Source: Alkalispirochaeta sp. (GTDB lineage: Bacteria > Spirochaetota > Spirochaetia > DSM-27196 > Alkalispirochaetaceae). From it: 64,000 bases of DNA. Within the stretch, counting starts at the first letter, position 1, and every line of letters starts with the position of its first letter. Location: NCBI GenBank assembly GCA_965242725.1, contig CBDESZ010000004.1, positions 96,001-160,000 of the forward strand, read 5' to 3'. The position numbers were made by a program, and so were the translations under genes. This document shows positions 28,578-39,334 of this stretch, in pieces. Under the pieces are notes generated by a model. The model searched no databases and had not been told where the DNA came from. It was given only the letters and a program-made list of their open reading frames with translations.

Positions 28578-29447
28578 TTACCTGTGAACGGGTATCCAGA
28601 TTTCACTTTTGCAGCGGGTTGACTCTCGGTCCATCTCCCTGATCCACAGTATTTCCGGGCCTTCCACGAGTTCATAGTCGGTGGAGGGGAGCCATTCGGA
28701 GTAAATGCGCCCCCACGTTTCCTGCAGCGTGCCCGGGAAGGGGCCCTCCGACGGAAAGACGGCCCAGTGACCCGGCGCGACAGGGAGATGGTCAAAACAC
28801 TCAGGTACCGGCCCCGTGGTCGCCACGCCGATGTAGTGGTCCAGTTCACCCTTTTCCTCCATGCGATCGGATGAGAAATTGACGGAGCCGCTTATCATCC
28901 CATTCGGTTCAATGTCATTGCAGGCTTTCAGCTTCTCAATTGTTTTAGTGTCCAGACTCTCCCACATCGATGCGATCTCCGGATTGACGCCGTGAAACTG
29001 GATTTTCACCCTGCGACACATACCTACGATAGAAAATGCATCTTTTGTAATCACTCGATATTCCATTGTATCTCCTCCCTGTATTCGTAATGCGAAGGTC
29101 AGCGGTGAATACGATTTTGTCGTCCCCTTGCCACGACGCACCTCGCCTGGTGTGACGCCGTGGAGCGTTGTGAACGCTCTGGTAAAGGAATCTGCCGACT
29201 CGTATCCGTATTTCACCGCCACATCCAGAACGCGGAGCCCGCCACCCCGAAGGTCCGCCGCCGCCAGAGTAAGTCTTCGACGACGAATGTGCTCCGAGAG
29301 GGGAATGCCCGCGAGAAATGAGAAAACCCGTTTGAAATGGTACTCCGAACAGTGTGCCCGACGGGCCACTTCCCGGTAGTCTATCCTTCCGTCCAGGTTT
29401 TCTTCGATATACCGCAACGCGGCGTTCAGTTTTTCAAGGGTGTTCAC
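28578..29447 (-). CDS. AraC-family regulator with a GyrI-like effector domain
   Basis: YIEENL, SEYHFKRVF, YGYESADSFTRAF; C-terminal WAVF..GP and IYSEWLP. Confidence 0.92.
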   Translation of the reverse strand: MNTLEKLNAALRYIEENLDGRIDYREVARRAHCSEYHFKRVFSFLAGIPLSEHIRRRRLTLAAADLRGGGLRVLDVAVKYGYESADSFTRAFTTLHGVTPGEVRRGKGTTKSYSPLTFALRIQGGDTMEYRVITKDAFSIVGMCRRVKIQFHGVNPEIASMWESLDTKTIEKLKACNDIEPNGMISGSVNFSSDRMEEKGELDHYIGVATTGPVPECFDHLPVAPGHWAVFPSEGPFPGTLQETWGRIYSEWLPSTDYELVEGPEILWIREMDRESTRCKSEIWIPVHR

Positions 29448-29566
29448 CCGGTGACCTCCTTGTTTAGGACAATACAGGAGCGGACATCTTTACATCCGAC
29501 AATCGGTGCACCATTTTATCGGAAATGGGAAGTTGGAGGTGATACCCTGTCCCTCCGGGAGGTCCA

Positions 29567-30127
29567 ATGGGTTGTAGCGCGTACAGGTCCGTCCGCCGGA
29601 TCATTTCGGTAACGTTGTTTATAGCCGGTATATCTCCGCTCATCGCGGAGAATCACGTCGATACGATGAGTCTGGAAGGTATTCGTCCCTCCCTTGAGGC
29701 TTCGATCGAAGAAATGCGTTCAGGAGTACGTACCCACACGGGAAGCCTCCTGGGCGGGTTTGTCTTTCCTCCCGCATGGGTGATCGGCACGCTGATAGGA
29801 TCTGAAAAAACGCTGGAAACTGCAGAAGATTATCGTAATACCATGATGCTCTTTGAGAATGAGGACCCGCTTCCGGAGCTCCGCGGCGCGAGGCGGTGGC
29901 AGATGGCGGGGGTCGTCGGTCACGGCGTGGCCCTCCTCGGCCTCACGTCGGTGGCCGTCCTGGGCGTGCTGCACATGGATCCCGACATCAATGTGGACAG
30001 AGAACTCGGAATAGCAGGTGGTGTCATGACAGGAGGCGTCGTTGCCGGACTGATCGGCACCACCATTGGAACGTGGCGGGCACGGAATACGGTTATGCGA
30101 TTCCACCTCTCCTATGAACGGCAATGA
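29567..30127 (+). CDS. Hypothetical exported or membrane protein
   Basis: SD GGAGG, signal-like N-terminus, 2-3 Gly-rich hydrophobic segments. Confidence 0.65.
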   Translation: MGCSAYRSVRRIISVTLFIAGISPLIAENHVDTMSLEGIRPSLEASIEEMRSGVRTHTGSLLGGFVFPPAWVIGTLIGSEKTLETAEDYRNTMMLFENEDPLPELRGARRWQMAGVVGHGVALLGLTSVAVLGVLHMDPDINVDRELGIAGGVMTGGVVAGLIGTTIGTWRARNTVMRFHLSYERQ

Positions 30128-30149
30128 CGGCTCCGACGGGAGCGTGCGG

Positions 30150-30596
30150 TTACTCCCGGAACATCTCCACCACTTCTTTGGGGGATGTCGAGTGTAACAG
30201 CGCTCGCATAAATGCCGGCGAGCGGGTCGTGCGGGCGATTTCGGAGAGAGCCTCGATATGGGGGCCGGACTGATCGGGCGCGGCGAGGACGAGAAAGAAC
30301 AGCTTTGACGGTTGTCCGTCGAGAGCCTGAAAATCGATACCTTCCGGTGCAAGTCCGATTGCGATCTGTATCGTGTCAACCGAATCGGTCTTGGCATGGG
30401 GTACGGCAATTCCGTCGGCAAGACCGGTGCTGCCCTTGCTTTCCCGCTCAAGCAGCGCATTGTATGCTTTGGTCTCGTCCTGTACGGTTCCGTTTCGGAC
30501 GAGGAGGTGCAATAACTCCGCAATCACGTCCGGCTTGCTCGTCGCCGAGAGGGGAACTTTGACCACCTCTTCGGTTATTTTGTCTATAAGTGCCAT
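30150..30596 (-). CDS. PTS EIIA domain protein (fructose/Ntr type)
   Basis: RESKGSTGLADGIAVPHAK with the phospho-His, and DFQALDGQP. Confidence 0.9.
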   Translation of the reverse strand: MALIDKITEEVVKVPLSATSKPDVIAELLHLLVRNGTVQDETKAYNALLERESKGSTGLADGIAVPHAKTDSVDTIQIAIGLAPEGIDFQALDGQPSKLFFLVLAAPDQSGPHIEALSEIARTTRSPAFMRALLHSTSPKEVVEMFRE

Positions 30597-30609
30597 AGCT
30601 CCCCTCTCG

Positions 30610-31107
30610 TCATACCTCATATACGCCGGCTTCAAACAGCTCTTCCACCCGATCTTCATTCTTGACGATCAATACGGAACATGGAACGCTGCGCATTACC
30701 CGTTCCGCCTCGTTGTAGAACTCGTCACGACGGCTGCGGACGTGGGCGAGTTCTCCCAGAATGAGAAGATCCACATTCCGTTCGTCCACCAGCCGGAGTA
30801 TCTCCTGGTGAACGGATCCGTTCACCTTGATCGTCTCCAGGACGACACCTTTCCCTTCGGCTTCACGTTTCGCATGGCCCAGGTAGCGGTGAGCGTCCTC
30901 CTCAAGGTCTCTAGTGTACTCCGCTTCCTCGTCGGCAAGGAAGATATGGGTCTTCACGAGATCGGTCAGCGCCCGGGTATTCACAACATACGTTGCCAAC
31001 AACGCCGCACCGATCGCTTTGGCCAGAAGAACGGCATATTGGCATGCCACAAGTGATTCCTCGCTTCCGTCGAGGTAGACCATGATACGTTCAATCGGTC
31101 CTTTCAT
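30610..31107 (-). CDS. Universal stress protein
   Basis: IMVYLDGSEES, DLLILG and AERVMRSVPCSVLIVK. Its ATG overlaps the subunit D TGA. Confidence 0.88.
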   Translation of the reverse strand: MKGPIERIMVYLDGSEESLVACQYAVLLAKAIGAALLATYVVNTRALTDLVKTHIFLADEEAEYTRDLEEDAHRYLGHAKREAEGKGVVLETIKVNGSVHQEILRLVDERNVDLLILGELAHVRSRRDEFYNEAERVMRSVPCSVLIVKNEDRVEELFEAGVYEV

Positions 31108-31739
31108 TGGCGCTGCTCCTTTGCCTCCAGGCGCGTCTTGACCGCTTTCATCAGGCTGAACATTTCCCGCTCGTTTTCCTCGAGGCGCTCCTGAATCTGT
31201 TTCACTGCGCTCTCGAGTTCGGGAATCGCGATCCGTTCAAGGGCGTTGACTTTGCGCATCGTCCGTCGCACCTCGGCGGCGAGGCGAAAGATGGACACTT
31301 TAAGTTCCGCCAGTCGGCCCATGAGTGCAAGGGCTTCCCGAAACCCCTGAATACTGTGGTCAACCCGGAACGAGGTTCCCGTCGGACTGTAGTAGGGCGG
31401 ATTTTCGGTAAACTCCGTTTCCACCACGGGCAGGCGGACACCCATAACTTTTCGCTGCCGGAGCTGTATCTCACTGTGGATGTTAACCGCTCCGGCAAGG
31501 TGAATCAGCTGCACCTTGCCTCCGGCGAGGGCCGCCTGCTGCAGACTGGCGTGGGCCTCTTCAAGCGCGCGATAGACCTGTTTCTCAAAATCGGTCGCCT
31601 GGTCCACCAGGCCGAGGAGTTCTATTACCAGGATATTCCGCTTCTGATCGAGGAGTTCATACCCCTGCCGTGCAAACCTGAGCTCATCGGAGAGGGCAAG
31701 GAGGTTGCTTTTAGTCGGGGCAACGTTACGGCCGGCCAT
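31104..31739 (-). CDS. ntpD: V/A-type ATPase subunit D
   Basis: PTKSNL, GYELLDQKR and RKVNALE motifs. Confidence 0.93.
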   Translation of the reverse strand: MAGRNVAPTKSNLLALSDELRFARQGYELLDQKRNILVIELLGLVDQATDFEKQVYRALEEAHASLQQAALAGGKVQLIHLAGAVNIHSEIQLRQRKVMGVRLPVVETEFTENPPYYSPTGTSFRVDHSIQGFREALALMGRLAELKVSIFRLAAEVRRTMRKVNALERIAIPELESAVKQIQERLEENEREMFSLMKAVKTRLEAKEQRQ

Positions 31740-31744
31740 GTTGC

Positions 31745-33142
31745 TCAGGTCCGTTCATAATATTCGTCGATCTCCTGTTCCGTTACCCGATGGAGTTCTT
31801 CCGGCGGGAGCGTTGAGAGCGCCTGCCATCCGAGATCGAGAGTCTGATCGATAGTGCGATCCTCATCCGCCTTTTGGGTGACGAAGTGCCGCTCAAAGTT
31901 TTCACCGAACTCAAGATATTGCTGGTCCAGCGGCGTCAGCTCGTCCTCTCCGATGACGGAGGCCAGATTGCGGACATCCTTGACGTAGCTGTAGGCGGCA
32001 AAGAGCTGACTCGCCAGATGAGGATGGTCGGGCCGTGTGCGACCTTCGCCGATACCGTCTTTCATCAATCGTGAGAGCGATGGGAGACCCGCGATTGGCG
32101 GGTAGATTCCGCGGTTGTACATTTCCCGCTCAAAGACGATCTGTCCCTCCGTGATGTACCCGGTGAGATCCGGAATGGGATGGGAAATATCGTCGTTGGG
32201 CATCGTCAGGATCGGGAGCTGAGTGATCGATCCGGCGGCCCCTTCCACCATGCCTGATCGTTCGTAGAGTTCCGCAAGGTCGGAGTAGAGATATCCCGGA
32301 TATCCCTTCCGGGACGGTATCTCCCCGCGGAGCGTGGAGATTTCACGGAGGGCCTCACAGTAGTTGGTCATGTCGATCATGATTACCAGGACGTGCATTC
32401 CGCAATCGTGGGCGAGGTGTTCCGCCAGGGTGAGGGCGGTACGAGGGGTCACCAGGCGCTCAATGGACGGCTCGTCTGCAAGGGAAAGAAAGAGGGCGGT
32501 CTGGTCCTGTACCCCCGACTCTTCAAAGCTGCGGGTGAAGTAGTACGCCACGTCGGCTTTGACACCCATCGCCGCAAAGACGACGGCAAACTCCGATTTT
32601 TCTCCCCGTATCCTGGCCTGCCGGGCGATTTGTGCAGCCAGTTGAAAGTGGGGGAGACCGTTGCCGGAAAAAATCGGCAGCTTCTGTCCCCGTATGAGGG
32701 TATTCATCCCGTCGATTGCAGAAATTCCCGTCTGTATGAAGTCCCGGGGATAGCGGCGCGCCGTCGGGTTGATAGGCCGTCCGTTGATGTCGCGATACTC
32801 ATCAGCCAGGGGCGGGACGCCGCCGTCAATGGGTTGTCCCAGGCCGTTGAAAACGCGGCCAAGCATGCGTTGCGTCACGCCGAGACTCAACGGTTCACCC
32901 CGAAATCGGACGCGCGTTTCAGGTACGGTGAGTCCGACGGTCCCTTCAAAGACCTGGGTTACGACGACCTCTTCCGACGTATCAAGAACCATCCCGAATC
33001 GAACCTCACCGGTCGGGGTGATCACTTCCGCAAGCTCCCGGTAGCCGACGGGGTGGGTGTTCCGTACAAAGACGAGGGGCCCCTCAATTTGTTCGACGCC
33101 GAGATACTCGCGCCCGGCGACGAGGGATTGCCGATCATGCAT
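31745..33142 (-). CDS. ntpB: V/A-type ATPase subunit B
   Basis: [33 protein letters not shown] and LPSLSRLM motifs. Confidence 0.97.
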   Translation of the reverse strand: MHDRQSLVAGREYLGVEQIEGPLVFVRNTHPVGYRELAEVITPTGEVRFGMVLDTSEEVVVTQVFEGTVGLTVPETRVRFRGEPLSLGVTQRMLGRVFNGLGQPIDGGVPPLADEYRDINGRPINPTARRYPRDFIQTGISAIDGMNTLIRGQKLPIFSGNGLPHFQLAAQIARQARIRGEKSEFAVVFAAMGVKADVAYYFTRSFEESGVQDQTALFLSLADEPSIERLVTPRTALTLAEHLAHDCGMHVLVIMIDMTNYCEALREISTLRGEIPSRKGYPGYLYSDLAELYERSGMVEGAAGSITQLPILTMPNDDISHPIPDLTGYITEGQIVFEREMYNRGIYPPIAGLPSLSRLMKDGIGEGRTRPDHPHLASQLFAAYSYVKDVRNLASVIGEDELTPLDQQYLEFGENFERHFVTQKADEDRTIDQTLDLGWQALSTLPPEELHRVTEQEIDEYYERT

Positions 33143-34913
33143 AGACTGACTCCAGTTTCTCTATCGAACGTTCGAGCCGCGCTTCAAGGCGCTCCACTTC
33201 GCCGAGCTGATCATTGGCGATGGAGAACTTCATGCGTGCGATGTCCGCGAGGACTTTCATCTTCCTCAGCTTCACCAGGGTGACGCCGCGCTTGATCGCC
33301 TCACTTCCACGGGTGTGGTAGGTGAGTACAAGGCGGAGCATGGCGACCTGCTTTTCGAGCGTCGAATAGCGGTCTACGTCGTCGAATGCGTTCTGTTGAA
33401 GAAAGGCGTTTTTAAAGAGGGTGCATACTTCGAGGACAAAGCGCTGGCTGTCCGGGAGCGCGTCGGGGCCGACCAGTTTCACCACCTGCTGCAGCCGGAC
33501 TTCCCTGTTCAGCAGTCCTATAATCTCGCCGCGGTCGTGTTCCCACGTCTCCCCGCCGTTTTCCCGCCACCATCGGGCCATTTCGGGAAGGTATTCGGAG
33601 TAGCTCTCGAGCCACGAAATCGCGGGGTAATGCCGGGCATTTGCCAGTTGCCGGTCGAGGGCCCAGAACGCGCGCACAAAACGTTTTGTGTGCTGTGTAA
33701 CCGGTTCCGAGAAGTCGCCCCCAGGCGGCGATACGGCACCGATTATGGAGACCGAGCCGCGGCGACCGCAGAGCGTCTCCATGCTCCCCGCGCGTTCGTA
33801 AAACTCCGCGATCCGCGTCGGCAGGTAGGCGGGAAAACCCTCTTCCGCCGGCATCTCCTCCATCCGACCTGAAAGCTCACGCAGTGCTTCCGCCCAGCGA
33901 CTGGTGGAATCGGCCATGATCGCCACGTGGTACCCCTGATCGCGGTAGTATTCGGCCAGGGTAATTCCCGTGTAAATACTCGCCTCCCGTGCGGATACGG
34001 GCATATTTGAGGTGTTTGCGATGAGGATCGTCCGTTCCATGAGACTGAGTCCCGTCCGGGGATCGACCAGCGTTGGGAATTCGGTAAGCACGTCGGTCAT
34101 CTCGTTCCCGCGCTCGCCGCATCCGATGTAGACGATGATGTCTGCGTCGGACCATTTGGCGATGGCGTGCTGGGTCATCGTCTTCCCCGTACCGAATCCT
34201 CCCGGTATCGCGACGGTGCCGCCCTTCCCGATGGGAAAAAGCGTGTCAATGACGCGCTGCCCCGTGATGAGGGGCTCGTCCACGGGGAGTCGTTGCGCCA
34301 CCGGCCTGGGGCGGCGGATCGGCCAGTTCTGTTTCATAGTCAGAGTTCGCTTTTCGCCGTGCCCCGTGTTGATGACGGCGATCTCGTCGAGAACGGTGTA
34401 CGCTCCCTCGCCGCTGATGCGGATAAGTTCTCCCGACAGGTCCGGCGGTACCAGAACGCGGTGCTCGATTCGTTCGCTCTCCCTCACCGTGCCGATGATC
34501 TGTCCGGCGGTTACCCGGGATCCCGTGGATAGGTCGGGGGCGGGAATGAAGTGCCACAAAGTATCCCGTTTCAGCGCACTCTCTTCGATACCCCGTTCTA
34601 TATAGACACCGCTCTTTTCTTTGATGCGCTCCAGGGGCCGCTGGATACCGTCATAGATGGTTCCCATCAGTCCCGGACCCAGCTCCACCGACAGGGGGTG
34701 ACCGCTGCCGAAGATCGGTTCTCCCGGACGCAATCCCGTCGTATCCTCATACACTTGGATCACCGCGCGCCGGCCCTGCAGCTTGACCACTTCGCCCACG
34801 AGGCGTGCCTCTCCGACATGGACCAGCTCCATCATCATCGCATTGCGTACACCCTGGGCTTCCACGACGGGACCATTGATACGTAAGGTTGTACCGACTA
34901 TCCGGTCACCCAT
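33135..34913 (-). CDS. ntpA: V/A-type ATPase subunit A
   Basis: P-loop [26 protein letters not shown] and [13 protein letters not shown]. Confidence 0.97.
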   Translation of the reverse strand: MGDRIVGTTLRINGPVVEAQGVRNAMMMELVHVGEARLVGEVVKLQGRRAVIQVYEDTTGLRPGEPIFGSGHPLSVELGPGLMGTIYDGIQRPLERIKEKSGVYIERGIEESALKRDTLWHFIPAPDLSTGSRVTAGQIIGTVRESERIEHRVLVPPDLSGELIRISGEGAYTVLDEIAVINTGHGEKRTLTMKQNWPIRRPRPVAQRLPVDEPLITGQRVIDTLFPIGKGGTVAIPGGFGTGKTMTQHAIAKWSDADIIVYIGCGERGNEMTDVLTEFPTLVDPRTGLSLMERTILIANTSNMPVSAREASIYTGITLAEYYRDQGYHVAIMADSTSRWAEALRELSGRMEEMPAEEGFPAYLPTRIAEFYERAGSMETLCGRRGSVSIIGAVSPPGGDFSEPVTQHTKRFVRAFWALDRQLANARHYPAISWLESYSEYLPEMARWWRENGGETWEHDRGEIIGLLNREVRLQQVVKLVGPDALPDSQRFVLEVCTLFKNAFLQQNAFDDVDRYSTLEKQVAMLRLVLTYHTRGSEAIKRGVTLVKLRKMKVLADIARMKFSIANDQLGEVERLEARLERSIEKLESVYA

Positions 34914-35551
34914 TCCTCACTCCTGACAAAAAGGTTCTCCATGATGATGCGTTGGATTTCCCGCTCGTATCGGCGCAGGCGGTCATCGAGGGTGTTGCTG
35001 AAACCCCTTCTTCCGGAGGCGTTGCGTGCAACGACACCTGTTGCACCCGCCGGCAATGTGGTATCGGCGATCGTGATCTCCGGCGGCGAACCCTCGCAGT
35101 GGCGGGACACAAGGGACCGCAGTTGGTCGATTTGTTCCATCAGAAAGGTCCGGTCCTCTCCGGCTACCGAGAGGGTAATTGGTTCTTCCGTGCCGACACC
35201 TACGATCGCTTCCGTCGTCCAGTTGAGAAGCATGCGATGATACGCCGCCGGTTCACTTTCGCGCATCGTGGTGATATGGTCACGAACACGCCCTTCCACT
35301 TCCCTGATCGCCCTCTTCTGGACGTCAAAGGTTATTCTATCGCGGGCACGCTGCAGCAATCGTTCATTGCGGGCGTTGATCTCACGTTGCTGCTCTTCAA
35401 TTCGCACCTCCCCATCCGCCGCTACTTGTCGCTCCCGCTCCAGGAGGGATTGCTCCCGGGAATGCAGTGTTTTTTCGGACTCCGAGAGCATCGCGTCGGC
35501 TTTCCGCTGTGCCTCTTCAAGAATGTCCGTAACGATCTTTGTCCGGCTCAT
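34898..35551 (-). CDS. ntpE: V/A-type ATPase subunit E
   Basis: Coiled-coil N-terminus, GVV...SNTLDDRL C-terminus, and operon position. Confidence 0.8.
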   Translation of the reverse strand: MSRTKIVTDILEEAQRKADAMLSESEKTLHSREQSLLERERQVAADGEVRIEEQQREINARNERLLQRARDRITFDVQKRAIREVEGRVRDHITTMRESEPAAYHRMLLNWTTEAIVGVGTEEPITLSVAGEDRTFLMEQIDQLRSLVSRHCEGSPPEITIADTTLPAGATGVVARNASGRRGFSNTLDDRLRRYEREIQRIIMENLFVRSEEWVTG

Positions 35552-35569
35552 GCCGATAACACTCCTGTC

Positions 35570-35875
35570 CTATAGATTGATGCCTATCGCGTGGTTTACA
35601 AGCGCGCGCATCTCCGGTCGATTCGGATCGGGGCCGTGGCGGTCGGGGATTTCAACGATCAGGGGAAAATCCTCGGTAAAGAGGTATCGATCAACCCGGG
35701 TCCGGATCATGCGTGCCGCGACCTCGGTGATGATGATGATTCCTACTTCCTTGTCGCCGAGGGCTCGCTCAAATGCGGCTGACGCCTCTGCGGCGGAGGT
35801 GACCGTCATTCCGTCAACCCCGACGAGACCGAATCCGAGGACGGTGTCCTGATCGCCGATCACATGGTATTTCAA
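35570..35875 (-). CDS. ntpF: V/A-type ATPase subunit F
   Basis: VIGDQDTVLGFGLVG, PLIVEIP and AIGI motifs. Confidence 0.93.
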   Translation of the reverse strand: MKYHVIGDQDTVLGFGLVGVDGMTVTSAAEASAAFERALGDKEVGIIIITEVAARMIRTRVDRYLFTEDFPLIVEIPDRHGPDPNRPEMRALVNHAIGINL

Positions 35876-36234
35876 ATTCGACCCAGGATTATAAGGGCGG
35901 TGATAAACCCGAATACGACGAGACCTTCCGCCAGGGCGATAAAGATAAGTGCCTGTCCGGCGACCTCCGGTTTCTCGCTGATCGCCCCCATCGCCGCCGC
36001 CCCGACATGGGCAATTCCGATCCCGGCCCCTATGGCACCGAAACCGAAGGCAATTGCCGCAGCGATAAAACCGAATTTTGCCACCTCTCCCTGTACCGGG
36101 GAAGTTATCGCCCTGCTTTGCTCCTGGGCGACAACGTTAACCACCGGAATTACCCCGAGGATCACGATGAACGCCGCGGTAAAGACAAGAGATATGACAA
36201 CTCGCCGGTGAAAGTCGGTTTTTTGATTCTTCAT
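35872..36234 (-). CDS. ntpK: V/A-type ATPase proteolipid subunit K/c (single hairpin with a leader)
   Basis: GAIGAGIG...AISEKPE...ALAEGLVVFG. Confidence 0.92.
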   Translation of the reverse strand: MKNQKTDFHRRVVISLVFTAAFIVILGVIPVVNVVAQEQSRAITSPVQGEVAKFGFIAAAIAFGFGAIGAGIGIAHVGAAAMGAISEKPEVAGQALIFIALAEGLVVFGFITALIILGRI

Positions 36235-38255
36235 GAGACCTCCAAAGTGATTGGTTTATAGGCTACCCCGGAAGGCTGGAAATGCTTTGAAAAGAACTCG
36301 TAGTAATTGAGCCGGAGCGATTGTATTCCCGCGGATAGTCCTTCAAGGACGATGACGAGAATGTTCCCGGCAATAAGTATTATCGCGGCAACGGCGTTGA
36401 AACCCTCGGGGGACGCCATTTCGGCGATCTGGAAAAAGGCGATCATCAGGGTGACATGGGCGATCCCGAGTCCGGCAACCCGCATAAAGCTGAGGGTATT
36501 TGCAAGATATCCGGTAAATACCTCGAGGAGACTGATGATCCACTCCATGAGCCACCACGCGGGGTTGCGAGAGCGGCCTTCGAGAGGAGTCTTCAGGAAG
36601 AGGAGCACCGCCGGTATGACGATCGCTCCAATCGCGAGAGGGTTGGTCGGCACGCTGCGAAACCCGGAGGAGGCGAATGAAAAGGCAAGGACGATCCCGC
36701 CGGCATAGATGGTGCCGCCGAGAACTCCCGATTTGTCGAAAATAAGATCGAACCAGCGTCGCTGTCTCGTCAGGTTTGCCCAATTGATCAGAAGCCCGAG
36801 GGAAATAATAGCGATGCCGAAATAGATCGTAATCGTGAGAATGTCGAAGATGCTCGCCACCGGCCCGGCATCGACATGTCCCGCGACGACACCGTGGTAG
36901 TCAAACCATACCGCCGGCAGAGGTGAAAAGCCGAAATAGGAACCAAAGAGGATTCCCGCGATCACCGCCGCACCGCCGCACCACATAAAGAGTCTCCCAA
37001 GCAGGGGAAGTGCGGCGGCGATGGCGCCGTCGCCTTTGCCCGGTCGCCGGTGGAGCCACAGACGAATGGCAAGGCCGGCGGCGATCAGGACGGCCCCGTG
37101 GCCGGCATCGCCGAACATCAGCCCGAACATCGTCAGGTACGCGACCGCCACCAGTGGCGTCGGATCGATCGTGCCATAGGCGGGTGTGCCGAAGTTGGTC
37201 ACCAGCGTCTGGAACGTTCCCAGAAAGGAGGGGTTTTTCAACCGGCTGGGAATGGTGACGGCATCTTCGCCGGACAGTCTGTACTCCCGGTCCCGGTGCC
37301 ATTCAAGGTATAAATGGCCGTCGGTCGAGGCGGTGAGCGCCTCTTCCACGCGGGTTTGTTCATTTGCAGGCAACCACCCCGAAATGATCACCACCCGCCG
37401 GGTGTGGGCAAAACTATCGCCCAGCGTTTCCATCAGTTCCTCAATGCGCATCGCCCGCCACGCGTCTTCCAGACGGGAGCGTTCTTCCGTGACGATTCCG
37501 GGAATAGACTGTGCATAGTCCAGTTGCTTTTGCCGCAGAAGGGAGAGTTTCTCCTCCAGGGTAGCCCGCGTTTCGGTACCGATGTCGGGGGAGAGTGTTT
37601 CCTCGGTGAAGCCGTGTTCTCCGAGGAGGGCCGCAATCTCGGTATCGTTTCGTTTCATACCCGCCAGGATGAAGAGTATCCGTTCGCCCCGGTCCGCCAG
37701 GGGGGTAAATACCGCGGGAAAGAACGTCAGCTTCTGCTCGAAGGATTCCCGCCGGTCGGCAGGGATCGTTCCGGTGCGAACGGTAAGAAAGGTTCCGCCG
37801 CCGCCGATACGCGCCGCGTCGCGGACGGCCCGACCGCCGGAAAGGGGCAAGTGACGTTGAACGTCCTCAAGTCGATGGATCTGTTGTTGTGCCGCCCGTT
37901 GCTGTTCCCGAACCTCGTCGATACGGGCGCCGATCATGTCGGCGATCCTGGTCGTTTCCGTCGCTGTGGGAGAAGCAGTGTCGCGGAGATTTTCCGCGGC
38001 TATGGAAGGTCGGCCATAGCCGCCATAGCTCAGGATAGTCTCGATGCGACGACGTATTTCTCCCTTTTTCCCGGGTGCCGCCTCCTGGTCCGTCGGGAGG
38101 AACAGTTCATTTCGTCGTGCCCGTATGTCCGGGTCGACGGTGGCCAGGTCGACCAGGTGCAACAGCCCGAGTTTCAGCAATGCCTCCGACGCCGCCCTTG
38201 TATAATCGCGGAAAATTACCGCCGTCAAGTGGACCATCGCCGATGTGAAGATCAT
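36231..38255 (-). CDS. ntpI: V/A-type ATPase subunit I/a
   Basis: IDPTP, FGLMFGDAGHG, NTLSFMRV (essential Arg) and LRLNYYEFF. Confidence 0.95.
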   Translation of the reverse strand: MIFTSAMVHLTAVIFRDYTRAASEALLKLGLLHLVDLATVDPDIRARRNELFLPTDQEAAPGKKGEIRRRIETILSYGGYGRPSIAAENLRDTASPTATETTRIADMIGARIDEVREQQRAAQQQIHRLEDVQRHLPLSGGRAVRDAARIGGGGTFLTVRTGTIPADRRESFEQKLTFFPAVFTPLADRGERILFILAGMKRNDTEIAALLGEHGFTEETLSPDIGTETRATLEEKLSLLRQKQLDYAQSIPGIVTEERSRLEDAWRAMRIEELMETLGDSFAHTRRVVIISGWLPANEQTRVEEALTASTDGHLYLEWHRDREYRLSGEDAVTIPSRLKNPSFLGTFQTLVTNFGTPAYGTIDPTPLVAVAYLTMFGLMFGDAGHGAVLIAAGLAIRLWLHRRPGKGDGAIAAALPLLGRLFMWCGGAAVIAGILFGSYFGFSPLPAVWFDYHGVVAGHVDAGPVASIFDILTITIYFGIAIISLGLLINWANLTRQRRWFDLIFDKSGVLGGTIYAGGIVLAFSFASSGFRSVPTNPLAIGAIVIPAVLLFLKTPLEGRSRNPAWWLMEWIISLLEVFTGYLANTLSFMRVAGLGIAHVTLMIAFFQIAEMASPEGFNAVAAIILIAGNILVIVLEGLSAGIQSLRLNYYEFFSKHFQPSGVAYKPITLEVS

Positions 38256-39331
38256 AGCAGCGCTTCCACCCGTGACGGGGAAAGGTCGTAGTACTTGCCG
38301 TTTAGGACCGTAACCAGTCCGTTTGCCTCCTGTTGTACGAGGGCGACGTAGGCGAGGACGACACCGATGGTGAAGGGGTAACCGCCGAGGGCACGACGGC
38401 TTTCATATTGAAGCAACTGATTCAACAGTGTTTCGATGAAGGCGAGCATTCTCATCTCTCCTCCGTGGTCGCGATCGTCCTCCCTTGTGGTGATGCCATT
38501 GCCGATCCTCTTGCCGAGATAGTCGGCGAGATACTCGGCGGGGCGGGAGGCTGACATGGCGGCAGAGAGCATACGCGCATCGGTGAGGGTGCCGTCGGGA
38601 ATAAGTTCCACTTCCGTGGCGCTTCCCCGAAGGTCCTTGATCCGGACAATCCAGTTTACGTTGATCACGTCGATCTCTATTCCGATAAGGCGGTCGGCAA
38701 TGAGCCGGTCGCGGCGGGACAACTCCGCGGTGGCGGCGGCAAGATCGGCGTAGTACCAGCGGTCAAGGGCGATTTCCAGAGGGAATAGCGACTCCCTTTC
38801 GATGACTTTCGGGAGCGATTCAGAAACAATCCGCCCGTATGGACGATCCTTGAATATGGTCTGCAGATTTTCTTCATCGGCGTTGACGACCTTCTCAAGA
38901 AGCTGCGGATCTCCCTGGGGAGGAACCGAGCGGAGGAGGTACGGAAGTTTATCCTCTACCGAACGTTGTCGTTTCACCCGTTCAAACCACAGTCGCAACG
39001 CATTTTTTATTGTCCCGATTTCGTAGCGCATCAGGAGTGTCGCCACAAACGCGGCGACAACTCGGTCGGAAAACTGGACCGCATGGTGGTAAATCTCGCT
39101 GAACGAGGCGTAGTGAATGCGGGTGATTTCCAGTTCCGTCAACAGAAGGTCTCCGCTCGTCTCGTAGATATGCGCCGCCGATTTGTAGCGCGTCCCGCCG
39201 AGAGACCGAACCGTTTCCTCCAGTGACCGGGCCTGGGCCATTTGAATCATGAGCTCCCGCGGAATCAGCGTGCTTATCCGTGCGCGAAGTTTGGCGTTGA
39301 TAAATGCGTATCCGGAAACGGCGCTCTTCAT
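38252..39331 (-). CDS. ntpC: V/A-type ATPase subunit C/d
   Basis: YAFINAKLRA, LEIALDRWYY and EIDVIN motifs, plus operon position. Confidence 0.85.
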   Translation of the reverse strand: MKSAVSGYAFINAKLRARISTLIPRELMIQMAQARSLEETVRSLGGTRYKSAAHIYETSGDLLLTELEITRIHYASFSEIYHHAVQFSDRVVAAFVATLLMRYEIGTIKNALRLWFERVKRQRSVEDKLPYLLRSVPPQGDPQLLEKVVNADEENLQTIFKDRPYGRIVSESLPKVIERESLFPLEIALDRWYYADLAAATAELSRRDRLIADRLIGIEIDVINVNWIVRIKDLRGSATEVELIPDGTLTDARMLSAAMSASRPAEYLADYLGKRIGNGITTREDDRDHGGEMRMLAFIETLLNQLLQYESRRALGGYPFTIGVVLAYVALVQQEANGLVTVLNGKYYDLSPSRVEALL

Positions 39332-39334
39332 CGT

